In this document: positions 40,099 to 53,943 of the stretch, piece by piece
Layout of the letters: every line of letters begins with the position of its first letter
How positions within the stretch are numbered: position 1 is the first letter of the stretch
The notes under the pieces: model-generated
The model's database searches: none
The model's input: the letters and a program-made list of their open reading frames with translations, nothing else
Told to the model about the DNA's origin: nothing
Program-made: the position numbers and the translations under genes
Origin: Eledone cirrhosa
Lineage: Eukaryota
Length of the DNA stretch: 64,000 nt
Assembly (NCBI GenBank): GCA_964016885.1
Contig: OZ024740.1
Span: forward strand, 290,284,001 to 290,348,000
Direction of reading: 5' to 3'

Positions 40099-43000
40099 GG
40101 GATGGACACGTGTTAAACTTGCTCGGTAAGTTTTGTTTAAATTTCCTTAGAAATACGTCATTGTGAACTTTTAATTTTATACCAATTTGTAGAGGGACTG
40201 ACAGGTCAAATTTTGATCTGGTCAGTCCTCCAAAATATCGTGCCCCTCAGGGCAAAAAGATCCAAAATATCTTCGAAAATATTTTTGCAAAACACTTCAT
40301 TTTTTTTAAATGGCCGAAGCACCTACTTCTTTGTCAAAACAAGAAGATGAGAAGGGTAAGCCATGCCTACTTGACCAGCAGGTAGTAGCAGACATGGACA
40401 AAGGAAGGCCAACATCATCGCCTCAACATTTAGAAGAGGAACAAGCTTCAGCTGCTTGTAAGCAACTGAACACGCATGACGTCACAAACGTCACATGTAT
40501 CCACACACAGAAGGAAATATATGTAGCAAATACTTCTTTTCGTAAAGAGATGGAAATTCACACAACAAAAAATGAAAATAACAGCCCACAACAGACACCA
40601 AAAAATACAGAAAATGAAAAAATTGAAAACACATCCAACAATACCAATCAAAAGGAAAAAAATTCCAACACAAACACCAAAGAAAATACAAACAACAGTG
40701 ACAACAACAACAAGAAAGACAACAACAGCCAAATTTCTTTTGCTGATACCGTAAAAAAACGGAAATATTTCAACTTTTGGATTTAACCAACGCGAAACAA
40801 AAGTTGGAAGAAGCTAAACAATATGTGACTTTTGGACCCAATGGGTCATTCAGCATAAATTCACCACAAGAACTAAGGAGAGAGAATGCCCTGAACACGG
40901 TGGTTTTCAGGACAATCTCAAATGCATAAAAAAACCCAGCTCAACTATCTCAGAGTGAGATTGAGCTGGTTTTAAGGAACCACATGGATAACATTTTATT
41001 CATTCAGAAAGCCAAACTTTTCAGCAGCATCTCGGTGCTGATGAAAGACAACATAACAGCACAAAAATATTCCATTGCGACCATTGTGTCCACCCATTTT
41101 ACATTTTTCCCTACATACATGGGAAAAAGAACGCAAAAAATAAAAATGACATGCATAAGACTCAAAGTAGATATATGGTGGATACTTTATGGCCTAATTG
41201 ACTTTGAACAAGACATTTTGATCTCAGTAGGAAAATCCTCCAGAGATATATTTAGTGGGACTAGCGTCGAAATTCTGGTGCAGATGAGCCCAGAACGTAT
41301 AATGAAAATCCCACAAAGAGTACCTCTGGATGGACAGACCTACATAAACATTTCGGTTGAGGGTAGGCGGGCCGCATGTTACCAATGCGCAAGCAGAGGT
41401 CACCTAAGTGCTGCCTGTCCTCAATTGACAAAAAGAAAACCACTTTTACCATCACCACAAATAACAACACAACCACCACCACCACCACCACGACAACAAG
41501 AAAAAACAACAGTGAAAACTATCCCACCCAATCCCTCCCCACCCAAAACAAATACAAAAACACACACAGACACTACAGAACCCCAAAACATACCCCTACC
41601 CATCAACACGGATGAGGAACCCCTATCGACGGCACCCAGCGGCGATGAGGGGGAACCCTTCCAACCCGTGAAAAGAAAAAAAGAAAGCACCGCATGAACA
41701 AAAACGAAAAATAAACACACAAACACCAGCACAAACAGCACAAAAATCACAAACAAAAGTTCCCCCTCCCGAAAACAAAACACCCACAACAAAGAGAAAA
41801 CACACGCAGGAACCACAGACAAAAACAAACACAACACAGGAAAAGTACACATACACTTACATAAACGTAGAAAATAGAACACTGATGGAGACCATCAGAA
41901 ACAACCCTTTGGTCAAAACCGAAGGGAAAACTTTGGATAGCCCTGACAAAAACCAAAAAATGAACCTCAAACTGATCAGGGTCCCTATAGGAACTTATAG
42001 ATCCCTAAAAGAAACATTTGTAGAGGACGTGGGGAATTCCTGCGTGAAACCAATCAACCACGTCCTCTTCAAAGGCCTCCCCACCACAGGCACCCCCACC
42101 CACGTCAACCCCATCCCACCAGACACCCCCTCCCCACCAAAGACCTCCGTCCCCACCCCGCCAGAAACCACCACCCCACCAAACATACCCTCCAACACCC
42201 CTATGGAAATTGTGCAGCCTGGTCCCCAGGAGACGAAGAGGTGAGTGATTTCTTTTCCTCTTCAACATGGCCAATATAAGAGTTGGATGTGCGAATGTAC
42301 GCGGCCTGGGAATGCTCTGGAAACAGGGCAAACTCTTAAACAACCTCAGGTCGCACAGTATGGATGTAGTAGCCATTTTCGAGTCCAGGATCCACAGCGA
42401 GCGACAACTGGCCCCCATCTTCGACGACTTTGAGATCTACGCATCTCTCTGTCAGCCGGGTGGTGGAGGTGGGGTTGCCGTTTTGCTGCGGAAACACCTG
42501 GACCTCGTAACACAGACGGTACACCTGGACCCGGAGGGTCGACTGGTGGTCCTAGCCGTTGACGGTAGTGAAGGTGGAGCCTTCAGGCTGGTGACCGCAT
42601 ATGCCCCATCTGGGACACCGCGGCCAGACTTCTTCAAACGCCTAGAGACTTTTCTGGGAACGTCCCACTCCCTTCTGTTAGTGGGGGACTGGAATGGAAT
42701 CCTAGATGCATGTTGGGACTATGTGGGAGCATGTCGCTACCGACATGCAAAGCCTACAGTAGACGGATTAGCACTTTAGTTAAGCAGCACTTAACGGGGG
42801 CCATTGTTAACAACAGATGGTGGTACTCTCTCAAGAGGGCAGTTAGATTAGACTCGATAGGTTTTAGTAAAGAATTAGTGTTAGATAGAATTAAGACCGA
42901 AAAGGAACTGGTAGATAAAGTAGAAGAGGCACTTAGGAGCGTGCTAGCGACGAGAACGGCCTCGGACCAGTTCTTCGACGCAAAGCATGAAGGCTGCGTT

Positions 43001-45484
43001 GTCAGAAGCAAAATACGTGCTCTGGGAAACGAGGGAGCCAAAGCTGTTAGCTGGGCCCGAGTGACGGAGGCGAAAAGTGGCAACAAGTCCACGATTCGGT
43101 CTTTGAAGGACCAAACGTGAACCCATACGTGAACGTGAGCCGAAGCAAATGTTCGCGGCCTTTCAGCGGCACTTTGCTCAACTGTTCTGGCAGGGCGGCG
43201 CGCCGGGAAGGGCTATGGATTTCGGTTCATACCTCGACGGCCTACCGCGACTCTCGGACAGCAAGGCGAAGTTCTGCGAAAGGCCGATTTCGGCCGCTGA
43301 GATAGGGTATGCGTTGAGCCAATGCGGCAAACGCAAATCGCCAGGTCTCGACAGTCTACCCTACGAATTTTACGTAACAATGCCGGACTTGTTCTCCGGT
43401 CTCCTGGAAGCGGTCTACTGCAACTGGCAGCAGAACGGGAGAATTCCCAGTTCTGTGACCAAGGGCGTAATCACGTTAGTCAGGAAGGACGAGAACAAGG
43501 GGGATGACATAGGCAACTTCCGACCCATAACTCTGCTCAACACAGAGTTACAGATTTTGGCCAAGGTGTTGGCAAAGAGGCTGGCGCTTGCCGTCGAAAC
43601 CTAGTGGGAGAAGCGCAGACATGCGCAATCCCGACCAGGTCCATACACGACAACCTCCACCTCATGCGATACATCATAGAGAGGGTAGGGTGTAAACCCG
43701 GCTTCGGTGGGGCCCTGATCAACTTAGATCAGTCTAAGGCTTTCGATAGGGTTGACCATCGTTACCTGGATGCCATGCTCGAGGCGGCAGGCTTCGGACT
43801 CGTGTTCAGGGGCTGGATTGCTGCAATGCACAGCAGCATCATCTGCTCAAGGGTCAAGGTGAACGGCTACCTCTCGGAGCCGTTCCATATCAAGCGATCC
43901 ATCCGACAGGGATGCCCTCTCTCCTCCCTTCTGTACGTACTGACTCTCGATCCACTACTGGGGAAGTTGGAGCTATTGCAGGGCATCCCTTTGGAACCGG
44001 GACTGCGGAAAGCGGGGTCGGCCAACGCCGACGACGTGACAGTAATGGTGTCGATGACCTCGCAAATCGGGGAGATCGGCACTTTACTGGAGGAATACGA
44101 AAGGTTCACAGTAGCGAAGCTGAACCGGGACAAATCCGTCGGTTTGCAACTCGGAACGTGGAGAGGCAAACCGATGCCTTCCGATGACGTCGTCGGACGC
44201 TGTATGGAAGGACCGGTAAAGATGCTCGGGGTCTGGTTTAGTCGGACCTCCAGGTGGAGAAGAACTGGAACGAGGTGACGGCCAAGGTGTTTGCGCTCAC
44301 CCAGAAGTGGGCCGAGTGAAAACTATCCTTGAAAGGTCGAGCGGAGGTGGCGAACACTTTTATAGCGTTCGTCATCTACTACCGCTTGACCGTCGTGCCT
44401 TGTCCAGCCAAAACGTTCACCAAAATGGAACGCGCGCTCTTCCAATTCCTTTGGAAGAAACGGGCTCCTTTGGTGAGAAGATCCAGCTGCTGCCAACACC
44501 CTTCAAACGGAGGTTTGGGATGCCGTGGCTGACGATGCGCAAACACGCGCTCAGGCTGCGGCACCTCCACGTATTCCTCACCAGACAATCGGTGTGGGCC
44601 CCGTTCGTGAGGCGAGCCTTCCCACGACTCGTCTCACTGACCGAGCTGCAGTCCTGGGTCAAGAAAAGACCGAGGAAAATGGGCGACTGGCACATCGAAT
44701 GTGCTCAGGCGCTCACAGTCCTCGGGCAAACGGACCCGGCGATCAGTGGAGACTCCACTTCGACATTCTATAGAGGGTTGGTCCGCAGCAAGTGCGACGA
44801 CACGCTCGGAGAAATTCTAGGCGTAGAGGAGGACGAACTGGCCAGTCTGTTCGGTAGGATCTTCCGCCCGGGACCAATGGACAACTTCCAAAAGTCCCTG
44901 GCCTAGCAGTGCTACCGAGGAGCTCTACCAGTTCGAGACAAGCTCTAAAGACACGGGCGCCCGGCAGGGACCCTTCGAAAAAGATCTGTCCGAGATGCGT
45001 GCGCGACGAGGAAACCTTCGCACACGCATTTGTACACTGCCCGGGGGTTCCCGACCTGTGGAACTATGTAGAACGACTATTGTTGCGGGTGGAATCAATC
45101 CAGTTGACCTCCGAGTCCATTGTCATGATCAAACCACCACCCTCCTTCAAAAACGAGGGAGAGGCGGTTTTCCTATGTGTTATGGCTATGGTGAAAGAGG
45201 TTATATATTGGACGAGGTTAAAAGGGCTGAGGTCAGACACCTTTCTCTACGGCGAACAACTGATTCGTTTTTTCAAATATCATTTTGGAAGAAGAATCAG
45301 GATGGAGAGAGAGGTGCTGTACCCCAGCAAATTTTAAAAAAGGTGGGTGAATGTGGCAACGATGAGCCTTCTCTCTATATAAGCCTGTAGGTTGAGGAAA
45401 AAGTTTTATTTTCATATACCTGTATGTAAACTCCCCATTGTATTTGTCCCCTTCTTTTGTGCCCTTGTGGCTAATAAAGAAATT
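40099..45484 (+). mobile_element. L1/Tx1 element 3 (decayed, both ends present)
   Basis: ORF1 40310-42244 (CYQCASRGHLSAAC). ORF2 42267-~45390 with a deletion near 42730 and YADD changed to NADD. AATAAA then (TATC)n. Confidence 0.93.
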
Positions 45485-45634
45485 TATCTATCTATTTATC
45501 TATCTATTTATCTACCTACCTACCTCTCCCTCTCTTTCTCTCTCTCTCTTTTTGTATGTATTTGAATTTATGTAAAAATATGATTGTAACCATGAATATA
45601 TACATACATACATACAAATATATATATATATTTA

Positions 45635-46107
45635 AAGTGTGTCCCCCAAAATGTATACATACTTTGATTACCTGTACAGGCAATATTTATTAGAATTCAC
45701 AGTCTTTCCCAAAAGTAAAATGATCTACAGACATAATTCAATTGTATGTAAACACCCCAAAATGTTTACATAATTGAAATAATTGTTTCTACTTTAGGCA
45801 CAAGGCCAGCAAATACCCAGTGCATTACTGGTACTTTATTTTATCGACCCCGTAAGGATGAAAGGCAAAGTCAACCTCGGCGGGATTTGAACTCAGATCG
45901 TAAAGGGACGTAACTATTCTGGAAAGCATGGCGTCCGACCCTCTACCGATACTGCCAATCCACCGCCTAATTTAAATAATTATTTCTACTTTAGGCACAA
46001 GGCAAGCAATTATCCAGTGCATTACTGGTACTTTATTTTATAAAACAGAATTTATTTTTGTGCACTGTTTAAAGATTTTTTGTGCATACATTTATTTGGA
46101 CACCCTG
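45635..46107. mobile_element. Tc1/mariner-type MITE containing a SINE
   Basis: TA-flanked imperfect TIRs AAGTGTGTCCCCCAAAATGTATACA / TGTGCATACATTTATTTGGACACCCTG. Confidence 0.62.
45777..46040 (-). mobile_element. Nin-domain-type SINE plus the tail of a second unit
   Basis: Reverse complement of the 29210-29393 type. The tail occurs at both 45780 and 45978. Confidence 0.85.
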
Positions 46108-46397
46108 TATATATATATATATGCAGAGAGAGAGAGAGGGTGGGGGTGGGAGTCAGAAAAAAACGAAAAAGAGTAAGACAAATTTAAATGTGGAATATGT
46201 ATGAATGTTAATATTGATTTCTAACATATGCATAAGGTCAGAATTGTTTTGTTTGGCTGGAAAGGTGAGGTGGGTGTGGTGGTGGCTATGTCGATATTAT
46301 CAACCTTAGTATTTGAGTGGTAATTTATAGCATCAAACCCGGAGGGATGAAAAGCAAAGTTGTTGACTTCAATGGTATTACAAACAAGAGCATAAAG

Positions 46398-46690
46398 CAG
46401 TTGTGGTCAACATGCGGCCCGCGAAGTTTTCTGAATGGTTCGCCTAAGTCACCTAAGTGAAATCTTTCTGATTTTTTCACCCCAACTTTTCAGTCGTGAT
46501 TTATCTTTCTATTATTTTTACTATCGAGGAAAACAACGTGTACGAATTCTGAAGAAACAACTCAAAACAACCTGAGTTAGCGTCCCTCTTTTTTTAACGT
46601 GGACACGAATGTAAATTAGCGCTTGCGGCCCGCCTGATGATGAACCATATCTCATGCGGTCCGCTTCTCGAAAAGGGTTGCCCATGCCTG
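46398..46690. mobile_element. hAT-type MITE remnant
   Basis: CAGTTGTGGTCAACATGCGGCCCGCG ... GCGGCCCGC ... GGTTGCCCATGCCTG termini. No clean 8-bp TSD. Confidence 0.6.
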
Positions 46691-47219
46691 CTGTAAAAGA
46701 TTTTAATGAAATGCTACAATGTATTTCACTCGAGGCGCTAACGATTCTGCCGCTCAACCGTCCTCATGAGGGGTAATAATAGGAGAATTTATAGAAGGCT
46801 CCGATAAGTTCCAGTTGCCGTGAAGAACATGTGAGAAAAGGGTTGAGATAGAAAATGACTGGTAGATAAAGAAGTAAGGGATCGTTAGCACCGTGTTCGT
46901 TCTCTGTTCAAACGTGCTCCGGCCATATCAACCCTTCCGCTTTTCAGATATTGTATAACTTTATAAAATATAGACTTCCTTTTATACAACAATACAGTCT
47001 GATTTGCGGGCGATGTTTTTCTGCGATTACTATCAGACCAATTTCCCTCAATTTCCATTCTATTACTTCTTTCTCTCTCTCTTCTTCTCTCTTTCTCTCT
47101 CCCTTCTTCTTTCTTTCTCTATATGTATATATTTTTAATTATCTACAAATAGCAATTAGTTTTATTAAATACCAGATAGAAAAATGCGTACAGCAAAAAA
47201 TAGTAATATTGTTGGAATA

Positions 47220-47422
47220 TAAACCTTTAAAAATACAGGACAAGAAACTAAAATAAAACTTTAAAAGAATAGGACAAGAAACTAAGATAAAACTTTAAAA
47301 GAATAGGACAAGAAACTAAGATAAAACTTTAAAAGAATAGGACAACAAACTAAGATAAAACTTTAAAAGAATAGGACAACAAACTAAGATAAAACTTTAA
47401 AGAATTGGACAAGAAATAAAAC
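47220..47422 (+). repeat. 34-bp minisatellite, ~6 copies
   Basis: TAAAACTTTAAAAGAATAGGACAAGAAACTAAGA at 47254, 47288, 47322 and onward. Confidence 0.92.
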
Positions 47423-48078
47423 ATTTTACAATAATATTAGTGGCAAAATTTTTATTGGTAAAAAATCGAGTTCCACATTCATAGGCTCTGGGTTCCACAT
47501 CGAGAGGTCGTCGTCAGACCGGGGGGATCATTTGATCCTAGTTTGAACACCAATTGGGCCATAATCATACACCTATTTCATCATTCGGCGACACGCCTCA
47601 TGTGTCATGCATAATGTGAATGGACCCATGGGCCCATGAGCACATATCTTGAGCAGCAGCGGACGGTCTTGTCGTCCCGCTCATCTTTGATCTTGACCAA
47701 CCCGTCCATCTTCTCCTTGCATCTTGTCCTTGAGTTCAAGTCCGGCAGTCCAGATGAATGCGTGCCACAGCCTTCTGGTACAGGAAGGGGGAGCAGGAGG
47801 ACGGGAGGGAGGACGGGACAGAGGGAGGGAGGACCGGTGGTTGAGGGAGGTGCCGTAGTCGGTGGTCAGAGTCGACATCTTGTCCCGGTCGTCTTCTTTA
47901 TCTTCGTCTGGTGTTGCGGGACCAGAGTGGATTCTTGGAGGAGACCTGCAGCTGCATCGGCCAATTCTTCTTGCAATGGTCATTCTGACGGAGCAGAACT
48001 GCTCAGCCAACCAACCCCAACCAGAACCAACCGCTCAGATGTATATATGTATATATATATATATAATATGTATATATA

Positions 48079-48164
<86 letters not shown>

Positions 48165-48243
48165 CATATCTATATATACATATAATATGTATATAATATG
48201 TATATATATATATATACACACACACACATATTTATATATATAC

Positions 48244-48282
<39 letters not shown>

Positions 48283-48289
<7 letters not shown>

Positions 48290-48523
48290 TACACAATAAT
48301 CAAAGCTATGTTCAAATCATTTTATTGCTGACAATCGTTTCTTCCAAACTATCGTTTGGAATCATCGGAGCAATAGCAGTGTTTGTACATATAATTAACC
48401 TCCTATTCAACTGAACAATCATATAGATACATGGATATTAATGTTGTCAAACGATAGTTTGGAAGAAACGATTGTCAGCAATTTAATGATTTGAACATAG
48501 CTTTGATTATTGTGTAATTTATA
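48283..48523. repeat. Inverted repeat, ~76-bp arms
   Basis: 48283-48358 is the reverse complement of 48448-48523; abuts (TA)n. Confidence 0.88.
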
Positions 48524-48682
48524 TTCCGACTTTGTAAAACATCTCATGTATTTACATTGAGCTACTTTTTCTTACTGATAATAAGGTAGTAATAAATTAC
48601 TGACCTTTCCTGTTTATAGTTGTATATAGTGTATACATAACTATAAATAATATTATTATTATTATATGTACATATATATATA

Positions 48683-49428
48683 TATCACGATAAATTAACG
48701 GAGCCATAGACTCTCGCTATTCCCTGTCAATAATGTGCTCAAAGGAGAAGGAATTCTGAGCTCTTTAAAATGCAATATGTTGAAAAGGTAACACACTAGA
48801 GAGAGTGATAGTACGCCATCAATAAAGCAGGGAAAAACCACCGGTGTATGGAATCTATAACCTATGAAAGGCAGAGTAGACACACGATAATTAAAAATAT
48901 AAATTAAAATGTATATACATGTCTCTATAACAATATAACACACACGTACAAATCCAAAGTGATCTATTTCGCCAATAAGTTGTTGACAGAAATGAAATAG
49001 CCCATGGTTCATCAGCGTGTGTAAGACAACTCTAAGAGAATCTAAAGCGACCGTCCATCTACACGTGGGAGAGAGATTTCACAGCGTGTTTAGGGCAGCG
49101 AACCAGTGTTGTCTGAGGGACGTGCTGCTAGAAAGGGCAGCCCCAAACCACTCAGAGAAGTGTGCTCAACCAAACAGAGAGAGAGGAAAGACTGTTATAA
49201 GGAACGAAATATCACCATAAATTAACGGAGCCAGAGACTCTCGCTATTCCCTGTCAATAATGTGCTCAAAGGAGAAGGAATCCTGAGCTCTCTAAAATAC
49301 ACTGAGCACACTTCTCTGAGTGGTTTTGGGCTGCTCTTTCTAGCAGCTCGTCCCTCAGACACCACTGGTTCACTGTCCTAAACACGCTGTGACATCTCTC
49401 TCCCGCGTGTAGCTGGACGGTCGCTTTA
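48683..49428 (-). mobile_element. 540-bp-family element: ~1.2 tandem units plus an inverted fragment
   Basis: Junction motif at 48683 and ~49209, minus orientation to ~49302, then 49303-49428 in plus orientation. Confidence 0.88.
48940..49022 (-). ncRNA. Type-I hammerhead ribozyme (540-bp family)
   Basis: ACACACG-CTGATGA-ACCA..TGGC-GAAA-TAGATC/GATTTG-TA^CGTGTGT. Confidence 0.83.
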
Positions 49429-50060
49429 TTTGATGTATTCATTGAATCTTGTTTAACTCTTTAATATATATATTTATATATATATATATGTATATCCCTT
49501 ACTGCTATCCTCTTTCTCTCTCCCCCTTCTCTCTCCTTCTCCCTCTTACTTTCGCTCACCCCCTCTGCTAGTCACCCTCTCTCGGCTAGCTTCTTCCTCG
49601 CACTTTCACTCACTCAATCTCTGCTACCCACCCTCTCTCTCTCACTTCCTCCATCGTCCCACACCGTACGCGATCCTTTTTCTCGCTCACATCCGCACGG
49701 TCAAGATGTGTCTTTGCCTTCTCGTCAATATTCGCACGTTATTATGTTCAAATGAATTATTGACTTGATTTTTTCATTTTTTCCTCTCTTTACGTTGCCT
49801 CACCATTCGTGTTTGTTTACATGTCTCTCTTTCTCCACGCAACTCTTTTTATCCCAATAACTTTATTTTAGTTATTGTATCGCCCTAGCTGGAGGTATAT
49901 AGTCTGTAATGCGAAGAAATGCCTATGATGGCTAGTAGACCACTGATGACGGATAGTTCTGGCTTCTATTTCTAATTCTTCATTTATTATACATAAATGC
50001 AACAACACAGCTCGCCATTTTTGTTTCATATATACTGTATATATATATATATATATATAA

Positions 50061-50123
<63 letters not shown>

Positions 50124-50128
<5 letters not shown>

Positions 50129-50684
50129 GGAAAAAATGAAACGAAATTTCATTTCCCACTCTTAGTACGGCTGTTACTTAAATATAAGTATGTACATGTA
50201 CATACATATATGTATACAGATCTGGCAGGAAGGTATACGTTGCTGACGATAGCTAATAAGCTTGAAACTAGGACAGCGTTCCTTTGTCAGTGTTGAACAA
50301 ACGAGCAACGATGGTTGCTGGACACTACGGCTTAATACGGGATGTTTCTTTACAAACACACCGAGCATTATAATAAATGTTTGGTGAATCCATACGTACA
50401 TATATATATGTGTGCTTGTATGTATATATATATACATACTACTGTACGTCTGTATACATATATGTATGTACGTGTACTTACTTATATTTAAGTAACAGCC
50501 GTACTAAGAGTGGGAAATGAAATTTCGTTTCATTTTTTCCGTTTATCGTTTTCGGTGCACCCGGCCGATTAACCCACTCGATATGCAAATTGGGCTTCTC
50601 AGCCGTTAATATGCATGAGGTAAGTATATACGTTCAACAATCTGGCAGGAAGGTATACGTTGCTGACGATAGCTAATAAGCTTG
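50124..50684 (+). mobile_element. Second locus of the 420-bp hammerhead family (inverted ~97-bp piece plus ~1.1 units)
   Basis: Hammerhead cores at 50243 (triplet GUA changed to GGA) and 50663 (cut off before GAAA), 420 bp apart. Confidence 0.9.
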
Positions 50685-52050
50685 GATTAGAAAAATGTGA
50701 CAAGGCAACTATTAAGAGAGGGAAACTAGTGAAAAGCAATAATATCATGTCAGATAAAGAAATAGAAATAAAAGAGCTAGATTAAACTCAGACATACAAA
50801 TACTTAGGAATCAATGAACAAGATAAGATTCAACATAGATGAAAGAAAAGATTAGAAAAAAATACCACAGAAGATTTAGATTAATACTTAAAACTGAACT
50901 AAATGCAAAGAATAAGGTGATTGTCATCAACACTTTAGCAATCCCAGTAATGAACTACAGTTTTAACATTCTGAACTGGACAATAAAAGAACTAGCTGGA
51001 ACTAGAAAACTCTTATAAAATAACTACTGTAGGACTACAAATGTACCTAAAAAAAAACAAAGGAAAGCTAATACAAATAGCCACAAAATGTGAACAAAAC
51101 AAAAAACCGTTCTCGGTCTTCAATGAACCCAACAAATTCAAATCTGAAACTGGGCTAATAGATAATTGCGAGGAACATGAAAACAAAGAAAAAACAACAG
51201 CAATTGTGAAATACATAAAACTTAAATTGAAAACACACCTCATGTTAAAAACTTTGGTAAGAGAAATCCTTACATGGCCAATACCCCCTTAGCGCTAAAT
51301 AAAAAGGAAGTAGACAAACAAAACACACAAAACTCGCTCTGAAGCACTGGACTAAAAGCGGAGACGGAAAGATTTCTAATTGCGGTACAAGATCAAAGCC
51401 GACCCACCAGGAACTACCAGAAGTACCTATAGAATATGTTTCTGGATACGCAGCTCTAGCCAAAAAGGAATATATGCACAAGCATAATAGAGATGGGACC
51501 TTCATACACTGGAAGTTATGCCAGCATTATGAAATACCAACAGAAAAAAGATGGTGCAAACACACACCAGAAAACATGTCAGAGAATAACAAAGCAACCA
51601 TTCTCTGGGATATGCCAATACATACATAGAGATCAAAGCCTACTGACCAGATATAGTCAAAGGCCACAAAGAAAATGCCCTCTAATAGATGTATCAATCC
51701 CCACAGATGACAATATATCTTCCAATGAAATAGAGAAACTCTCCAAATATAAAGATCTAGAGATAGAAATAACTCGAATGTGGAAAATGAAAATTGAAAC
51801 AATAGCTATAATAATAGGTGTTCTAGGAATGATAAAAAGTACACAGAAAAATACATAGCCAAAACCTCAGGACTTACACCTATATACACCATACAACAAT
51901 TAGCACTACTAGGCATTGCACACATATTACGAAAAGTACTATCAATACAATAGAAACAACGCCAACAAAACCTACACTGCTCATACCTAAGGCGCACAGA
52001 GCTGTGCTCAGTACAGCAGTAATGATGAGCAATAAAAAATAATAATAATA
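50685..52050 (+). mobile_element. Decayed Dong/R4-type 3' fragment (different family) ending in (TAA)n
   Basis: GLEKC, YKYLGI, GLKAETERFLIAVQDQ, IDVSIPTDDN..EKLSKYKDLEIEITRMW...IIIGVLG. Confidence 0.85.
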
Positions 52051-52398
52051 TCAACACTAAACAAATAATAATAATGATGGGGATGATGATGATGATGAAG
52101 TTGATAACATATTTAATAGGCGATAAAATACTTTAATATATTTCTTCTTTTAATAAGTTTCCATCTAACTAATTCCTTTCACAGTTAATGTCGATCAGCT
52201 ATGGAAGGAACTATCCGCTTGATCACGTGCTTGTACAGCAGCGACCTCTCACTTTTAATAGCTCGACTCCATTAGACGCTGTCAACACATTTTACAGATT
52301 TCTCTTCAAACTTGTTCTTTATCATGCACATTGTAGTTATGCAATAGGTTAAACAAATACTGCTGATTATAAGTGGTAGCATTGGTGTATTGTCAATA

Positions 52399-52463
<65 letters not shown>

Positions 52464-52979
52464 ATGGTAGTAGTAGTTTGTGTATTGGTCGTCGATGTTG
52501 TACCTTTGGTGTTGGTTGTGTTATGATGGTTGTGGTTTTTGGAGTTCAGGGTGTCGGTGGCAACGATTGTGGTGTGTGGTGTTTGTAGTGATGATAGAAA
52601 TGAAGCTAGTGTTGATTGTAATGGTGGTTGTAATAAAGGTAGTATTTATAGAGATGATGATTGCAGTATATGTGATGTTGGTTATGATGCTAGCCGTATA
52701 TATGATGATGATAGTTGAAGTGTTGCTGTCAGTGTAATGTTGGTTAGTTATTGTTAGTAATTTTGGTAGGTTTGATAGTGTTAATAGTAGTGTTAGTGAT
52801 GGCCGTGATGGTGGTTGTAGTTGTAACGATAGTAGATGTGGAAGGAAACTACCTAGTCAGTGGTGGAAAGCATGAGAACTAGTATTGGTCTGTGGGAGGA
52901 TTTAGTTGAAGTCACCTCTGCAGAGTATATCAGGTTGTGGGAACGAATCTGGAAATGCAAAATAATCGTTTCGCTCTCA

Positions 52980-53061
<82 letters not shown>

Positions 53062-53099
53062 CCTATCACTGTCTCTGTATTTCTCTCTCTTTCTCTTTG

Positions 53100-53172
<73 letters not shown>

Positions 53173-53651
53173 AATGGAGTTTCATACAAGTGGTTCGAAC
53201 AAACGCAATTCTGGATAGATAGTATGGCGGTACTGAGATGCGCAGGTTCTAGAATGCCACTCTCAAACTCGCCGGTGTGTTCTAAAGAAGTGCACAACAG
53301 TACGTTAGGGATCAATTTAGCTGGAGGAGATGACAGAAGACGTCGAGCCCAGCAGTTGACTGTGTTAAGGGTTCCAATACGGATGTGATAAGAGATTAAT
53401 TTCACAGCTTTTCTGTCGCGAGGATATTTAGCTATAATAGCGAGGATATTTAGCTATAATTGAGGATAAGTAACAATGAAGAAGGGCCCACATAAATTAA
53501 TGTTGTACATATATATATATATATGTATATATAGTAATAATAATAAAATTGAAGACTAAAATCCAAAGAGGGCTCGATAAGGAAAATATATATTGGGTGA
53601 AAGCAGCGATTCTTTGCTTAAACTTTAATCTGTTATTTTAATAAATATATG

Positions 53652-53689
<38 letters not shown>

Positions 53690-53943
53690 ATAACCATCTT
53701 TTCACCTCTTATTAATTTGTGTGTGAGACACGTTGGCTGACAGCTTTTGACGGAAACGAAAAGATTCGTTTTCTATTCTGCCGCAACCACGTAAAGTTTG
53801 TAAATCGGTGGCTAGTCGAAGGACAGAATTGTATCGGATTCCAGTTGCGAATCGCTTTACCGTGTCGGTTGTCACAAACAGTCATGGCCGGCATGGGCTC
53901 GAGTTTGGATTCTGTCGATCGATTGGTTATTGATTTGGCGATA

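Noticed and set aside
46630-46690. CTGATGA...GAAA hammerhead-like spacing
   Set aside because: No stem I or III and no NUH triplet in register; lies in a hAT MITE end.
47220-47422. 34-bp repeats resembling a CRISPR array
   Set aside because: No unique spacers and a eukaryotic context; simple minisatellite.
47636-48040. GC-rich stretch with overlapping ORFs
   Set aside because: No recognisable motif; perhaps a LINE 5' fragment, unsupported.
49940-49990. CTGATGA in a PLE-like non-coding stretch
   Set aside because: No downstream GAAA or closing stems.
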